Shown here: piece after piece, positions 52,965-63,885 of the stretch | Position numbering within the stretch: the first letter of the stretch is position 1 | How the letters are laid out: every line of letters begins with the position of its first letter | Source: Clostridiales bacterium | Lineage (GTDB): Bacteria > Bacillota > Clostridia > Saccharofermentanales > Saccharofermentanaceae | Reading direction: 5' to 3' | DNA length: 64,000 bases | Assembly (NCBI GenBank): GCA_017513085.1 | Contig: JAFWDK010000003.1 | Location: forward strand, 32,001-96,000 | The notes under the pieces: model-generated | Told to the model about the DNA's origin: nothing | What the model saw: only the letters and a program-made list of their open reading frames with translations | Database searches by the model: none | Translations under genes and position numbers: made by a program

Positions 52965-53016
52965 CAAAAGAACTCCTCGATGGTATAAAGAAATGAGTTA
53001 GCATATGCTAACTCAT
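52961..53016 (+). promoter_or_regulatory. Strong promoter plus perfect operator with no convincing downstream CDS
   Basis: TTGACA(52961)-N17-TATAAA(52984) with TGn extension; ATGAGTTAGCATATGCTAACTCAT at 52993-53016. Confidence 0.85.
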
Positions 53017-53180
53017 ATCTTAATTCTAAATTCCCTCCCGCGAGTGCTTTTCTGGAATGGGCACAGGGAGGGAATTAATTATTCTAAAAAAGTTTCACAT
53101 CGATCCTTCGTCAAATATACGAAAGAAACGGTCCTGTCAGTGATATCCTCACCGCAGGACCGTTTCAGCGTATATCTTTT
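52996..53180 (+). ncRNA. Candidate operator-controlled sRNA
   Basis: Bounded by the promoter and a terminator; contains hairpin AATTCCCTCCC...GGGAGGGAATT (53029-53075); no RBS-led ORF. Confidence 0.4.
53115..53180. terminator. Terminator hairpin between the convergent + transcript and eno
   Basis: GAAACGGTCCTG...CAGGACCGTTTC with outer ATATACG/CGTATAT and a CTTTT tail. Confidence 0.7.
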
Positions 53181-53190
53181 CCTAGAAGAG

Positions 53191-54635
<1,445 letters not shown>

Positions 54636-54745
54636 CAGATCATCCACGAATACTTTTGGGAGCAACAATGTCAAAAGGTTTACCCCATGAACTCTTCGCC
54701 TGGTCTGCAGTCAATTCAGTAGTTTCTATCACAGACAAAGCTATC

Positions 54746-55744
54746 TCATTCGAACTCAGAGATGGAAACATGCTCTCCTTTCCGGATCCTGTTCCGAAGG
54801 GTCATCAGTTCATGATCCTTTTTCTCTGCCAGGAGCAGAACGGCCGCTTCCTGATCATCCCGATGGATGATCTTATCAATACGGCCATTTCTGATCACGA
54901 TACGTTTCGGAGACATCAGGGAAAGAATCGGGTCATGGGTCGCGATCAAGACGATCTTATCATTACCTGTCAGAAGCTCCATCGCCTTTCTTCGATCGAT
55001 ACCTGCATTTTCGATCTCATCGATCAAAACGATCGGCGCACGTGAGAGGTAGGCACAGTCTGCAATCATCAGCGCACGTGACTGTCCTCCGCTTAAGGCT
55101 GTCACCGCGGTATCCCGGGAAAAAGGCTCACCAGCCAGGGAAACAGCTACCTCATACACTTTCTGCACTTTCCCGGGGATCTCTTCCTTTCTGAGGAAAC
55201 ACTCGGCATGCATGGTAAGAAATTCTTCCACATTCATATCCAGGACGAAATTCATATTCTGCGAAAGCTGAGCGATCGAACGTCTTCTTTCGCCTGTTTT
55301 GAGCCATTCTTCCTTATTTTTTCCGTCAATCAGTATCGTTCTCTGTGTCGGAGTGTCCTTTAGTGCCTGCCACTCGATATCTTCCAGGAGGCGGCTCTTT
55401 CCGGAGCCGGTTTCACCGACAATGGCGATCATTTCACCTTTTCGGATAGTTATAGGATCGAAGCACTCACTCGCACCATCTTTCCCAACTCCCGGAATGA
55501 TCGTGATGGATCCGACACTTCGGATCTCCTCGGAGAGACATTCCGACGCACTTCGGAGATAGGCAGAAAATTCCTCTTCCACTTCGTTTCGGCTCATCTT
55601 TCTCTGCTCGAAAAATGAATCCGGAAGCTCCATCAGGTTTTCAGAAAAGCTCTTTTCCTTATCCCAGATCACCTCAAAGTCATCCAGATAGTATGGCAGA
55701 TAGGGGTAGTCCTTCTCCAGTTGCAAAAGCGGGATCGTCAGCAT
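54746..55744 (-). CDS. ABC-type ATPase with an N-terminal extension and no partner permease
   Basis: GETGSGKS, LSGGQSRA, IDEIENAG and ATHDP motifs. Confidence 0.85.
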   Translation of the reverse strand: MLTIPLLQLEKDYPYLPYYLDDFEVIWDKEKSFSENLMELPDSFFEQRKMSRNEVEEEFSAYLRSASECLSEEIRSVGSITIIPGVGKDGASECFDPITIRKGEMIAIVGETGSGKSRLLEDIEWQALKDTPTQRTILIDGKNKEEWLKTGERRRSIAQLSQNMNFVLDMNVEEFLTMHAECFLRKEEIPGKVQKVYEVAVSLAGEPFSRDTAVTALSGGQSRALMIADCAYLSRAPIVLIDEIENAGIDRRKAMELLTGNDKIVLIATHDPILSLMSPKRIVIRNGRIDKIIHRDDQEAAVLLLAEKKDHELMTLRNRIRKGEHVSISEFE

Positions 55745-55760
55745 TCATGTACCTTCTTTC

Positions 55761-56444
55761 TCAGATCTTGATGTGTTTAACGTTTCCGATCTGGTACTCG
55801 GTTCCTATCTTTGTTTCACCTAAACAATAGGAACAGAGCGCCATAGGCATCGGAAAACGAAGCGTCTCATTTTCGATTTCTCTCTCCATAGCCATATTCC
55901 GGATCGCCCGTGTGATCTCTGAAATTCCCTGTCCGGTAAGCCCGTTGACAGGAAATATCAGTGCTTTTGGATTAGAGGTCTCAACTCTTCGCATGAACAC
56001 TTCTCTTTCTGCTTGAGAAACGATATCTCCTTTTGTAATAAGTACAATATCTGCCAGTTTCAGGAGAGGACCGATTTTTCTGGGAGCCCGGATCCCGCTT
56101 AACTGATCGATCACACAGACAGCCAGCACATTTTTGATGTAGGGCGAGCATCGGTTACAAAGGCCGGCACTCTCCGTAAAAAGATAGTCCAGCTCTTCCT
56201 TTTTCCCCCAATCATAGACAGTCTGAATATTCGTGATGTAATAGTGATCGGGACAAAGTTCGGAAGAAAGTCCCTTTGCCGATGGGATCCCGGCCTGACT
56301 ATAGGTCTTGTCGTCTTCGGTCTGGAGGCAGTCAAACTTACACGCCCCCACTTTACTTCCATCTCTCATAATTTCTTTTAAGATCCGCGTCATAACGGTA
56401 GTTTTGCCCGTTGCAGGCGGTCCGGCAAAGGTTACCAGCTTCAT
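55761..56444 (-). CDS. HypB/UreG-like P-loop GTPase (putative metallochaperone)
   Basis: GPPATGKT, LCPDH, ESAGLCNRC, TKGD and a C-terminal CSYC. Confidence 0.85.
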   Translation of the reverse strand: MKLVTFAGPPATGKTTVMTRILKEIMRDGSKVGACKFDCLQTEDDKTYSQAGIPSAKGLSSELCPDHYYITNIQTVYDWGKKEELDYLFTESAGLCNRCSPYIKNVLAVCVIDQLSGIRAPRKIGPLLKLADIVLITKGDIVSQAEREVFMRRVETSNPKALIFPVNGLTGQGISEITRAIRNMAMEREIENETLRFPMPMALCSYCLGETKIGTEYQIGNVKHIKI

Positions 56445-57370
56445 TACTTTTCCTCCGTCATGATCTTCTTACATCTTTGGATTATTTCCGGAAGGGAGGG
56501 ATCATAGAGATACTCCCAGCCGACAAAGCGAAGACTTCCGGGAAGAGCATTGACAACACCTGTAATGTTACTCGGGAAGAATCCCTTCTCTCGGAAGATC
56601 CTGCCGGCCTCCTCGCGGCAGAGGATGGACATGAGCCTTTCCGCCTCGGGATTTGATTTTGAAGTTACAACAAGTGGCAGGATCGGTGCACCATCGCTGA
56701 ACCAGATGAGTTTCATTCCCTTCTGACGGGCTTTGATCTCCCCGAAGATCCAAGGCATCAGGTAGATATATGGTTTTTCGCCTTCGATTCCACCCGGCTT
56801 GATCATCTGTGAGGGATGCACGATCGCACAGATATTCTTTCTTAATCGTCTGATTCCCTCGTCTCCCGCAACTTGATGAATATATGTCAGAATGATCCCG
56901 TCAAACATGTGGCCGTCATCCGGAAATGCAATACTGTTTTCAAACTCACCCGAAAGCAGGTCAGAAAAAGCCTTCGGTTCACTTCTTCCCTTCGACTGAT
57001 CGGTATCCACGACCATGACCAGAGGAATGCACGAATAGATATCAAACATTCCTTTCGGATCAGAAAAGGAAGCAAACGCCGGATTCCCGAGAAGTGTTTC
57101 TCCTGATGCATGAAATCCTTTTTCTTTTATGACAGGATGATTGACGAGACCTTCGATACCTGTCCCCATGAAAACATCCGGATCACACTCTTTAAAGATC
57201 TTATCGACCCAGGATAAACCGAACTCCGCTAATGCGATGTTATATTCTTTCCGGTCAGAGATATACTCATCCAGATAATCCTGAAAAGGAAGCTGCACCA
57301 CACATGGAACACGTCCGACCAGTTTCGCTTCTTTATTCTCTGCTGTGTAATGAAGTTCTTCTTCTCTCAC
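56444..57370 (-). CDS. Substrate-binding-fold protein without a signal peptide
   Basis: VPC, HPSQM and WFSDGA motifs; GTG start with RBS GGGAGG; no hydrophobic leader. Confidence 0.7.
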   Translation of the reverse strand: MREEELHYTAENKEAKLVGRVPCVVQLPFQDYLDEYISDRKEYNIALAEFGLSWVDKIFKECDPDVFMGTGIEGLVNHPVIKEKGFHASGETLLGNPAFASFSDPKGMFDIYSCIPLVMVVDTDQSKGRSEPKAFSDLLSGEFENSIAFPDDGHMFDGIILTYIHQVAGDEGIRRLRKNICAIVHPSQMIKPGGIEGEKPYIYLMPWIFGEIKARQKGMKLIWFSDGAPILPLVVTSKSNPEAERLMSILCREEAGRIFREKGFFPSNITGVVNALPGSLRFVGWEYLYDPSLPEIIQRCKKIMTEEK

Positions 57371-58208
57371 GAAATCGATTCCTCCCTTCGACAACTGTCA
57401 CCTGTTCGCTTATGTCCCGACTGAGTACATCAATGGGTAGTACACATACATGTCTTTTCTCTTCGATCATAAAATCACGGATCCGCACATCAACATCAAA
57501 AGCCCTGCAAAGATTTTCTTCGGAAATCACTTCGTTTGCATTTCCGAATGAATTGCTTCCATCACGATTCAGGATCAGGGCTTTATCGGATATAGCCAGC
57601 GCGTGCTCCGGATAGTGAGTATTTACAATGGATGAGATGCCCCGTTCTCTGCACAGCTTATGGATCGTATTGATGACGATCAGCTGGTTTTTAAAGTCGA
57701 GATTCGACTCCGGTTCATCCAGTATCAGAAGTTCAGGATCTGTAGCTAATGCTCTGGCAATAAGGACCATCTGCAGTTCACCACCGGAGATCTCATTACA
57801 CAGCTTCCCGCGAAGCCGGCTCATCCCGACCATATCCAGACATTCTTCCGCAAAGCGGTAGTCTTTCTTCGTCGGCTGCGCCAGTATTCCCAGGTGGGCA
57901 TTTCGTCCGAGAAGAACCATCTCTTCTGTGGTATAGGAGAATGCGGAGCGCTTTGCCTGCGGCACATATCCTATCTTCTTCCAGATCTCCTGGTTCTTCC
58001 ATTCGTGCCATGGTTTACCATTGATATATGTACTGCCGGCACGCCATGGAAGGAAGCCGAGCGTGCATTTCAGCAGAGTCGTCTTGCCGACACCATTTGA
58101 TCCCAGGATCGAAAGGATCTCTCCCTCTTTGACAGAGAAAGAAAGGTTTTTAAGGATGTCAGGTCCTTTCTTATATCCGAATGATGCATCTTTCACCTCA
58201 AAGATCAT
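57333..58208 (-). CDS. Iron-chelate/cobalamin ABC ATPase (FepC/BtuD-like)
   Basis: GSNGVGKT, GYVPQ, ISGGELQ and DEPESNLD motifs. Confidence 0.9.
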   Translation of the reverse strand: MIFEVKDASFGYKKGPDILKNLSFSVKEGEILSILGSNGVGKTTLLKCTLGFLPWRAGSTYINGKPWHEWKNQEIWKKIGYVPQAKRSAFSYTTEEMVLLGRNAHLGILAQPTKKDYRFAEECLDMVGMSRLRGKLCNEISGGELQMVLIARALATDPELLILDEPESNLDFKNQLIVINTIHKLCRERGISSIVNTHYPEHALAISDKALILNRDGSNSFGNANEVISEENLCRAFDVDVRIRDFMIEEKRHVCVLPIDVLSRDISEQVTVVEGRNRFRERRRTSLHSRE

Positions 58209-59203
58209 GTTTTTACACCTCCTGTCCGACGAAGCAGAATAATAAATACCGGGGCGCCGATAATCGCAGTAAGGATTGAGATCGGCAGTTCCGCAGCGGT
58301 TGCAGATCTCGCAACTGTATCAATAAGCAGAAGGTACGTCGCTCCCAGTCCGATGCTGGCCGGAATAACATATTTATTATTGTTTCCGAACATCATACGG
58401 GAGATATGCGGGATCAAAATACCGATCCATCCGACCTTTCCGCACATGGCGATGACAGATCCGGTAATCATGGTAGAGGATACGATCGTAAGTCCCCTCA
58501 TCAGTTTCAGGTTGATTCCCATTGCCCTTGCCTCATCATCGTTTAATGAAAGAACATTCAGTTTCCATCTAAGACAGAAGAGAATGATGATACCGATAAG
58601 CATCGGGATCGTTCCGATCCACAGTTTTTGGAAACTGGTTCCGGATAAACTGCCCATAAGCCAGTATGTGATTTCCGGAAGTACATCCTGCGGATCCGCT
58701 ACATACTTTATAAGAGAAACCAGAGCTTCAAAAAGTGAGCTGATCACCATACCGGATAGGATCAGCATGACAAGCGAAGACTCACCTTTCACACGGCTGA
58801 TCATGTACACCAGCCATACGGATAAGAGACCCATAGCAAAAGCCGTTCCCTGAATTCCAAGAGATGGAAGCCGCAGCATAATTCCGAGCGTCGCCCCAAA
58901 AGAAGCGCCCGTGGCGACTCCTAAAGTATCAGGAGTCGCCAGGGGGTTGGAAAACATACTCTGAAAGGCTGCACCGGCAACGGCCAGACCCGCGCCTGCG
59001 ATAATCGCCAGGATCGATCTGGGAAGACGGATCTTATACAGTACCGTCTTCACATTCGGATCATCGACCTTCATGCCCAGGAGGACTTTTACGCAGTCTT
59101 TGATGGGGATCGAGTACCGGCCCACACCTAACGCGATCAGAAAAGATGCGACAAGTGCAATAGTAATGCCGATCACCCAGATTAATTCTGTTTTCTTTTT
59201 CAC
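58205..59203 (-). CDS. FecCD/BtuC family permease
   Basis: IRLPR, NPLATPDTLGV, WLMGSL and GWIGILIPH motifs. Confidence 0.93.
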   Translation of the reverse strand: MKKKTELIWVIGITIALVASFLIALGVGRYSIPIKDCVKVLLGMKVDDPNVKTVLYKIRLPRSILAIIAGAGLAVAGAAFQSMFSNPLATPDTLGVATGASFGATLGIMLRLPSLGIQGTAFAMGLLSVWLVYMISRVKGESSLVMLILSGMVISSLFEALVSLIKYVADPQDVLPEITYWLMGSLSGTSFQKLWIGTIPMLIGIIILFCLRWKLNVLSLNDDEARAMGINLKLMRGLTIVSSTMITGSVIAMCGKVGWIGILIPHISRMMFGNNNKYVIPASIGLGATYLLLIDTVARSATAAELPISILTAIIGAPVFIILLRRTGGVKT

Positions 59204-59224
59204 GTGTTCACCTTTGTCCCCGGA

Positions 59225-60481
59225 TCAGAGGCCTCTTGCCGCATCACGTGACGGAATGAACATCATATCCAGCTGCTCGTCAGAAAGATCATATCCGCAC
59301 ATTTCCTTATAGTATTCCTTTGCGATCTTACGGATATCCGTATCCTTGAAAAGATCCGGATAGATCACAGAAGCCATCCACTGCATAGTAACCGGAGAAT
59401 CTCCACCCGGTGTATAGCTTCTATAAAGACCAAGAGGCATCTTATAGACACGCTTGTTCTTTACTGCATTGATCGTGCTCCAATCATCTGTACCGATAGC
59501 ATTGTTATAGAGATCTTCCGGCTGTGTGCCGCAGAAATTGGTGATAATGATAATATCCGGATTCCATTCATATACCTGTTCCATCGATATCTTCAGGATA
59601 GAACCATCCGGCACTTCGCTGGCAACATTGTATGCATTTACGGACTCACACCACCACTGGCCGAAGAAGTTCACACCGGAGGCCACCATCGCCGCATCTG
59701 TGTACTTGAAGAGAACCAGGACGCGTGCCTTCTGATCATCCGGAATGTCCTTTGTTTTTTCGATGATATCCGCATGGACAGCATCACTCTTCTCCATAGC
59801 CTTCTTTGCAAAATCCGAACCGCCGAAGATTTGGTCGAGAAGGTCGATCCAATGTTCATAGGTCTCGATAATGTCATACTTCCAGGCAGAAGCAGATGTA
59901 GTAACTGCCGGGATGCCGGCTTCACGGATCGCTTTTGCCTGTTCCTGTCCGACACCAATGACAATATCCGGCTTAAGGATCAGGAGTTCCTCCAGATTTA
60001 CCTCATCACCACTGATAAAAGCTGTATTTGCGTTTAAGATCTCCGGGTAGATCTGTCCAAGAAGGCCGTTTTCCGCAGCACTCATAGATACCGGATGGAT
60101 ACCCACGATCTTTTCCGCAGAACCAAGATACTCTGCAATAACAGATGCCAGCGGATAGAAAGACCCTACTGCAATTCGATTGATCGTATTAGGAACCTCA
60201 ACGGTATCTCCGGCATGGTCGACAACAGTATGTGTGCCATTGGGATCACCAAACGGGTTCTCGGAATCTTTGCTTTCTCCTTTGACCTCTGTGCTGGTCT
60301 CGGAAGACTCCTCCGAAGAACTTTCGGAAACACTCTCCGACGTCTCCGCACTGGTCTCCTCGATCGTTTGCGTATCAGAAGTCGACGAAGCGCTCGTTTC
60401 CTCATCTTTCTTTGCACAGGCCGACAGGGCGCAAAGTGCAATAGCTACCGACATTAAGCCGGCAAGAAGTTTTTTCTTCAT
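59225..60481 (-). CDS. Iron-chelate/cobalamin-type binding lipoprotein
   Basis: Lipobox LSAC; S/T/E-rich linker; VVDHAG, NLEELLILKPD, SMEQVYEWNPD and AVKNKRVY motifs. Confidence 0.9.
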   Translation of the reverse strand: MKKKLLAGLMSVAIALCALSACAKKDEETSASSTSDTQTIEETSAETSESVSESSSEESSETSTEVKGESKDSENPFGDPNGTHTVVDHAGDTVEVPNTINRIAVGSFYPLASVIAEYLGSAEKIVGIHPVSMSAAENGLLGQIYPEILNANTAFISGDEVNLEELLILKPDIVIGVGQEQAKAIREAGIPAVTTSASAWKYDIIETYEHWIDLLDQIFGGSDFAKKAMEKSDAVHADIIEKTKDIPDDQKARVLVLFKYTDAAMVASGVNFFGQWWCESVNAYNVASEVPDGSILKISMEQVYEWNPDIIIITNFCGTQPEDLYNNAIGTDDWSTINAVKNKRVYKMPLGLYRSYTPGGDSPVTMQWMASVIYPDLFKDTDIRKIAKEYYKEMCGYDLSDEQLDMMFIPSRDAARGL

Positions 60482-60557
60482 AATAATCCTCTTTCTACTT
60501 ACTTTAGTAAGAACTATGTATATTTTTAAGCCGGTCGTTTAAAAGCGCCGAACGGGC

Positions 60558-61697
60558 TTACAGATCATGTTCAAGCCATTTATTTTCATCCAGGTAATTC
60601 CAGTAACTGTTTTTCCCTACACGGCTTGAGACGGAGTACTGCGGAAAAGGTATCTGATCTTTTACCCCTCCCGAAAACTCTATAAATAACGGGTCCGCGA
60701 TCAGAAGATCCTTCTGATCCTTCACTACGGAAAGGATCGTATCTTCATCACTTAGATAAGTGGATACATCATCTTCATGTTCGATCGTATATAGCTTGCA
60801 GTCTATATTCTCTGACCGCAGGAAGTTTCGTATCGAGTCCCCGATCACCGAGTCAGCAATAATGACTCCGGATCGTCGGGAAGTCTTAGGACTAAGCACC
60901 TTAAACACAGCGGTCTTCCCTTCGCGGACCAGTTCAAGATACGAACTCATCTGTTTCTGTCCTATCGGGAAATTCACGATATAAGGTGTCTGATACTTTT
61001 TTTCCATAGCTTTGGCGATCGCAAGTCCCGCCTGGTTCCAAACCAGGTTCAAAGTGACTTTCTCCGGATACTGGTAAAACAAAAGAGAGCCGTACATGCC
61101 CTGTTCCTGCATCAGACAGATACCATTCTCCGTAAGTCTGCCGCAAAGGCTGTCATACACTTCCTGATGCATATCCAGCGGGGAGATGCCCGGAATAGCT
61201 ACTGTTCCTCCATCTTTCCAGGGTTCGCGCTTCTCCGGGTTTTTCTCGTAATAGTCTGTGAGTGCAAAGTAAGCCATAAGAATACCGTCATAGTAAGAAC
61301 CTTTAATTCCCGCGGTCGGAAATCCGAAACAAGGGATACCGGTTCTATTCTCGACCGCTCTGGCGACTCCGTTAAAATCAAAACCGATGACATTCGGCAC
61401 CGGACTTCCGACAATAGCTATAAACTTCGGATGTCGTTCCAAAGCATTCTTTGTGATCTTACCGATCAGTTTCTCATCGTCACCGAGGATAGCATCCACC
61501 TTTCGAAGGCTTGTGCAATACACCATAGAATGACTGCCGTACCATCTCGGCTCATCGAAATGGGTATAATTTCCCGTGCAGCCTGCCGCATCATGAATGC
61601 AGATCATACCGCCGAGATCAAAAAGCGCGGAGCATACCCCTGAATAATCTCCTGCAAAAGGAGGAAGATACATACAAACTTTATGTTTTTTATTCAT
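60558..61697 (-). CDS. Nitrogenase component 1-like subunit (NifK/BchB-like)
   Basis: PFAGDYSGVCSAL, IHDAAGCTG, ILGDDEKL and IVGSPVP..IGFD motifs. Confidence 0.85.
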   Translation of the reverse strand: MNKKHKVCMYLPPFAGDYSGVCSALFDLGGMICIHDAAGCTGNYTHFDEPRWYGSHSMVYCTSLRKVDAILGDDEKLIGKITKNALERHPKFIAIVGSPVPNVIGFDFNGVARAVENRTGIPCFGFPTAGIKGSYYDGILMAYFALTDYYEKNPEKREPWKDGGTVAIPGISPLDMHQEVYDSLCGRLTENGICLMQEQGMYGSLLFYQYPEKVTLNLVWNQAGLAIAKAMEKKYQTPYIVNFPIGQKQMSSYLELVREGKTAVFKVLSPKTSRRSGVIIADSVIGDSIRNFLRSENIDCKLYTIEHEDDVSTYLSDEDTILSVVKDQKDLLIADPLFIEFSGGVKDQIPFPQYSVSSRVGKNSYWNYLDENKWLEHDL

Positions 61698-62947
61698 CAG
61701 ACGATTCCTCCGTATTCATCGATCAGTTTTCGGATATCCGCTTTTTCTTTCATCGCGAACCGCATAGTATCCATAAGGATCCTTATTCCCTGATATCCGA
61801 GCATTCCTTCATCAGAAGAGATATCTGCAACATATCGCGCATTGCTTAAGTAGGCAGCTTCTTCGCCTACTGCCAAAGCTATTGTTTCCGTTTCCGAACG
61901 GAAAACCGAATCCGGATGATCCCCCTGAATGATCTCGACCTGCGGATACTCGTTAAGGAGGATATCGGCATACTTCTGATCGGGTCCCACCACTTCAGAA
62001 AGATAGACACGCGTTACACGGAAACCGTATTCCAGAAGTGCTACGGCCAGAGATAGGGGAAATACGGTTGCACTGTCAGAAACAAAGACCGGCACATCCG
62101 CAACTTCTTCTCTGGCATAATAGATCGCCTGTTCACATAAGGAACGGTCGTCTTTAATCTTTTCAGAAAGATCTTCTCCCAAAAAGTCAGACAGATCCTG
62201 ATACTCTTTAGTGACAGTATCAATATCATAGGATATCGGCATTTCCACGTGTGTAGCGCCGGTTCTTTTCTCCAGACGTCTCAGCGCATATCTCACAAAT
62301 GGTTTTATCACTATAGATCTTCCGGAGCGGGACATCTCCTCATACTCTGAAAAAGTACTGCACGAGGAAATCTGGCGGACCATATGGCCATTTTGATTCA
62401 GGACCCGGATCAGCTCGTTATCTTCCGGGATCCCGACGAAGTTTCCCCAGAGCGTTACACCATCATCCGTCTTCTCCCAATCGGGTAGCACACTTAACAT
62501 CGCATCAAACGTCGTGACTGCCGGTGGCATCTTGGTGGAAGATGCAATTGGATTCATATGTCCGGCACGGAAAAGGATATCCGGATATCTTTTCCCGAGG
62601 ATCGCGGTCACTTTCTCCATATCCGTACCGATAAAATCATCCAGGCAGGAAACATAAATAAAGAGAAGACGGATGTCCTTTTCCGTTCTTTCCAGAAGCT
62701 CATCCACGCCATCCAGGATCTCCTGATCGTATCCCTCCACGATGTCGCTCTGGTCAATATAAAGATAAGAAATACGGTCTTTATAGTGATGCTGGATCGC
62801 GCCGAGCGCCCCATGCCGGAAGCACGCTGACGGGCAGACAAACAAAAGATAAGATCCGGGGATAAGTGCAGCGACACGGATGATTCCCCATCCGTCATGC
62901 GCAGGATTGCAGTAACAAAGGTTCGGTTCAAATCGCATGTTCATCAC
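61697..62947 (-). CDS. Nitrogenase component 1-like subunit (NifD/BchN-like)
   Basis: [14 protein letters not shown] and [11 protein letters not shown] motifs; coupled to the nifH-like gene. Confidence 0.85.
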   Translation of the reverse strand: MMNMRFEPNLCYCNPAHDGWGIIRVAALIPGSYLLFVCPSACFRHGALGAIQHHYKDRISYLYIDQSDIVEGYDQEILDGVDELLERTEKDIRLLFIYVSCLDDFIGTDMEKVTAILGKRYPDILFRAGHMNPIASSTKMPPAVTTFDAMLSVLPDWEKTDDGVTLWGNFVGIPEDNELIRVLNQNGHMVRQISSCSTFSEYEEMSRSGRSIVIKPFVRYALRRLEKRTGATHVEMPISYDIDTVTKEYQDLSDFLGEDLSEKIKDDRSLCEQAIYYAREEVADVPVFVSDSATVFPLSLAVALLEYGFRVTRVYLSEVVGPDQKYADILLNEYPQVEIIQGDHPDSVFRSETETIALAVGEEAAYLSNARYVADISSDEGMLGYQGIRILMDTMRFAMKEKADIRKLIDEYGGIV

Positions 62948-63756
62948 CTCCGAAGCAGATAAATCAATTCTTCGGTATACGGATCTTTTTGTATGGACGT
63001 ATCATCGCCATGGCAGAGACTGATTATTCTATCTGCCAATTTTTCATAATCCTTAGCGATCGACGATCGGGGAAACTTCTCGATAACAGTCTTTCCCTCC
63101 TGTTCCGCCGCCTGCACCATCTTACTTCTATGGATATGTGAAATAACCGGAAGGTCGTGTTCTCTGGCAAAGCGGGTAACAAGATCCTTTTCATTCTCAA
63201 CAAGCCGCTCATTTAAAATCAGGCCACGTACACGGGCGTATCCGCGCTCTTTGAAATTGTCTACGGCACGGGAAATATTATCTGCGGCAAAAAGAGCCAT
63301 CATCTCACCGGAAGTAACGATAAAGACATGTTCCGCATATCCGTCACGGATCGGCATGGCAAAACCGCCACAGACTACATCGCCGAGAACATCATATAGA
63401 ACGATATCCGGGGCGTATTTTTCAAAAGCACCGAGCTCTTCCAGTTTCTGGAGAGCCGATATGATACCAAGACCAGCACATCCGATACCGGGCGTCGGTC
63501 CACCCGATTCTACACAGAGGACACCGTTATATCCATCGTGAACGAGATCAGAAAGCTCGACGTCTTCACCCTTCTCCTTGATCATTCCGAGGACCGTGCT
63601 GATCTTCTCGCCCCCCATCAGGTTTTTAGTAGAGTCCGCTTTCGGATCGCAACCGATCTGCATGACTTTATAACTGCGTGAAAGAGCGGCTGCAAGATTC
63701 GACGTTGTGGTTGATTTGCCTATTCCGCCTTTACCATAAATAGCTATCTTTAACAA
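62944..63756 (-). CDS. NifH-like Fe protein (Group IV / Nfl type)
   Basis: [31 protein letters not shown] and [14 protein letters not shown] motifs; both [4Fe-4S] cysteines present. Confidence 0.93.
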   Translation of the reverse strand: MLKIAIYGKGGIGKSTTTSNLAAALSRSYKVMQIGCDPKADSTKNLMGGEKISTVLGMIKEKGEDVELSDLVHDGYNGVLCVESGGPTPGIGCAGLGIISALQKLEELGAFEKYAPDIVLYDVLGDVVCGGFAMPIRDGYAEHVFIVTSGEMMALFAADNISRAVDNFKERGYARVRGLILNERLVENEKDLVTRFAREHDLPVISHIHRSKMVQAAEQEGKTVIEKFPRSSIAKDYEKLADRIISLCHGDDTSIQKDPYTEELIYLLRR

Positions 63757-63810
63757 TTTTCTACCCCTGTATTGCCTTTTCTATAAAATTGAATATAATA
63801 ATCTCAATCG

Positions 63811-63826
63811 GTTAGCCACTGCTAAC
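63811..63826. promoter_or_regulatory. GTTAGC-N4-GCTAAC operator upstream of the nitrogenase-like operon
   Basis: GTTAGC-CACT-GCTAAC. Confidence 0.85.
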
Positions 63827-63885
63827 TGTGACAGTATACTAAAAAGGAGTTTCAAAAAAAGTTGCCTGTGCAACATCTCAAAAAA

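Noticed and set aside
60558-63756. True nitrogenase (nifHDK)
   Set aside because: Subunits are too short, P-cluster and FeMo-co ligands are incomplete, and no nifENB is present.
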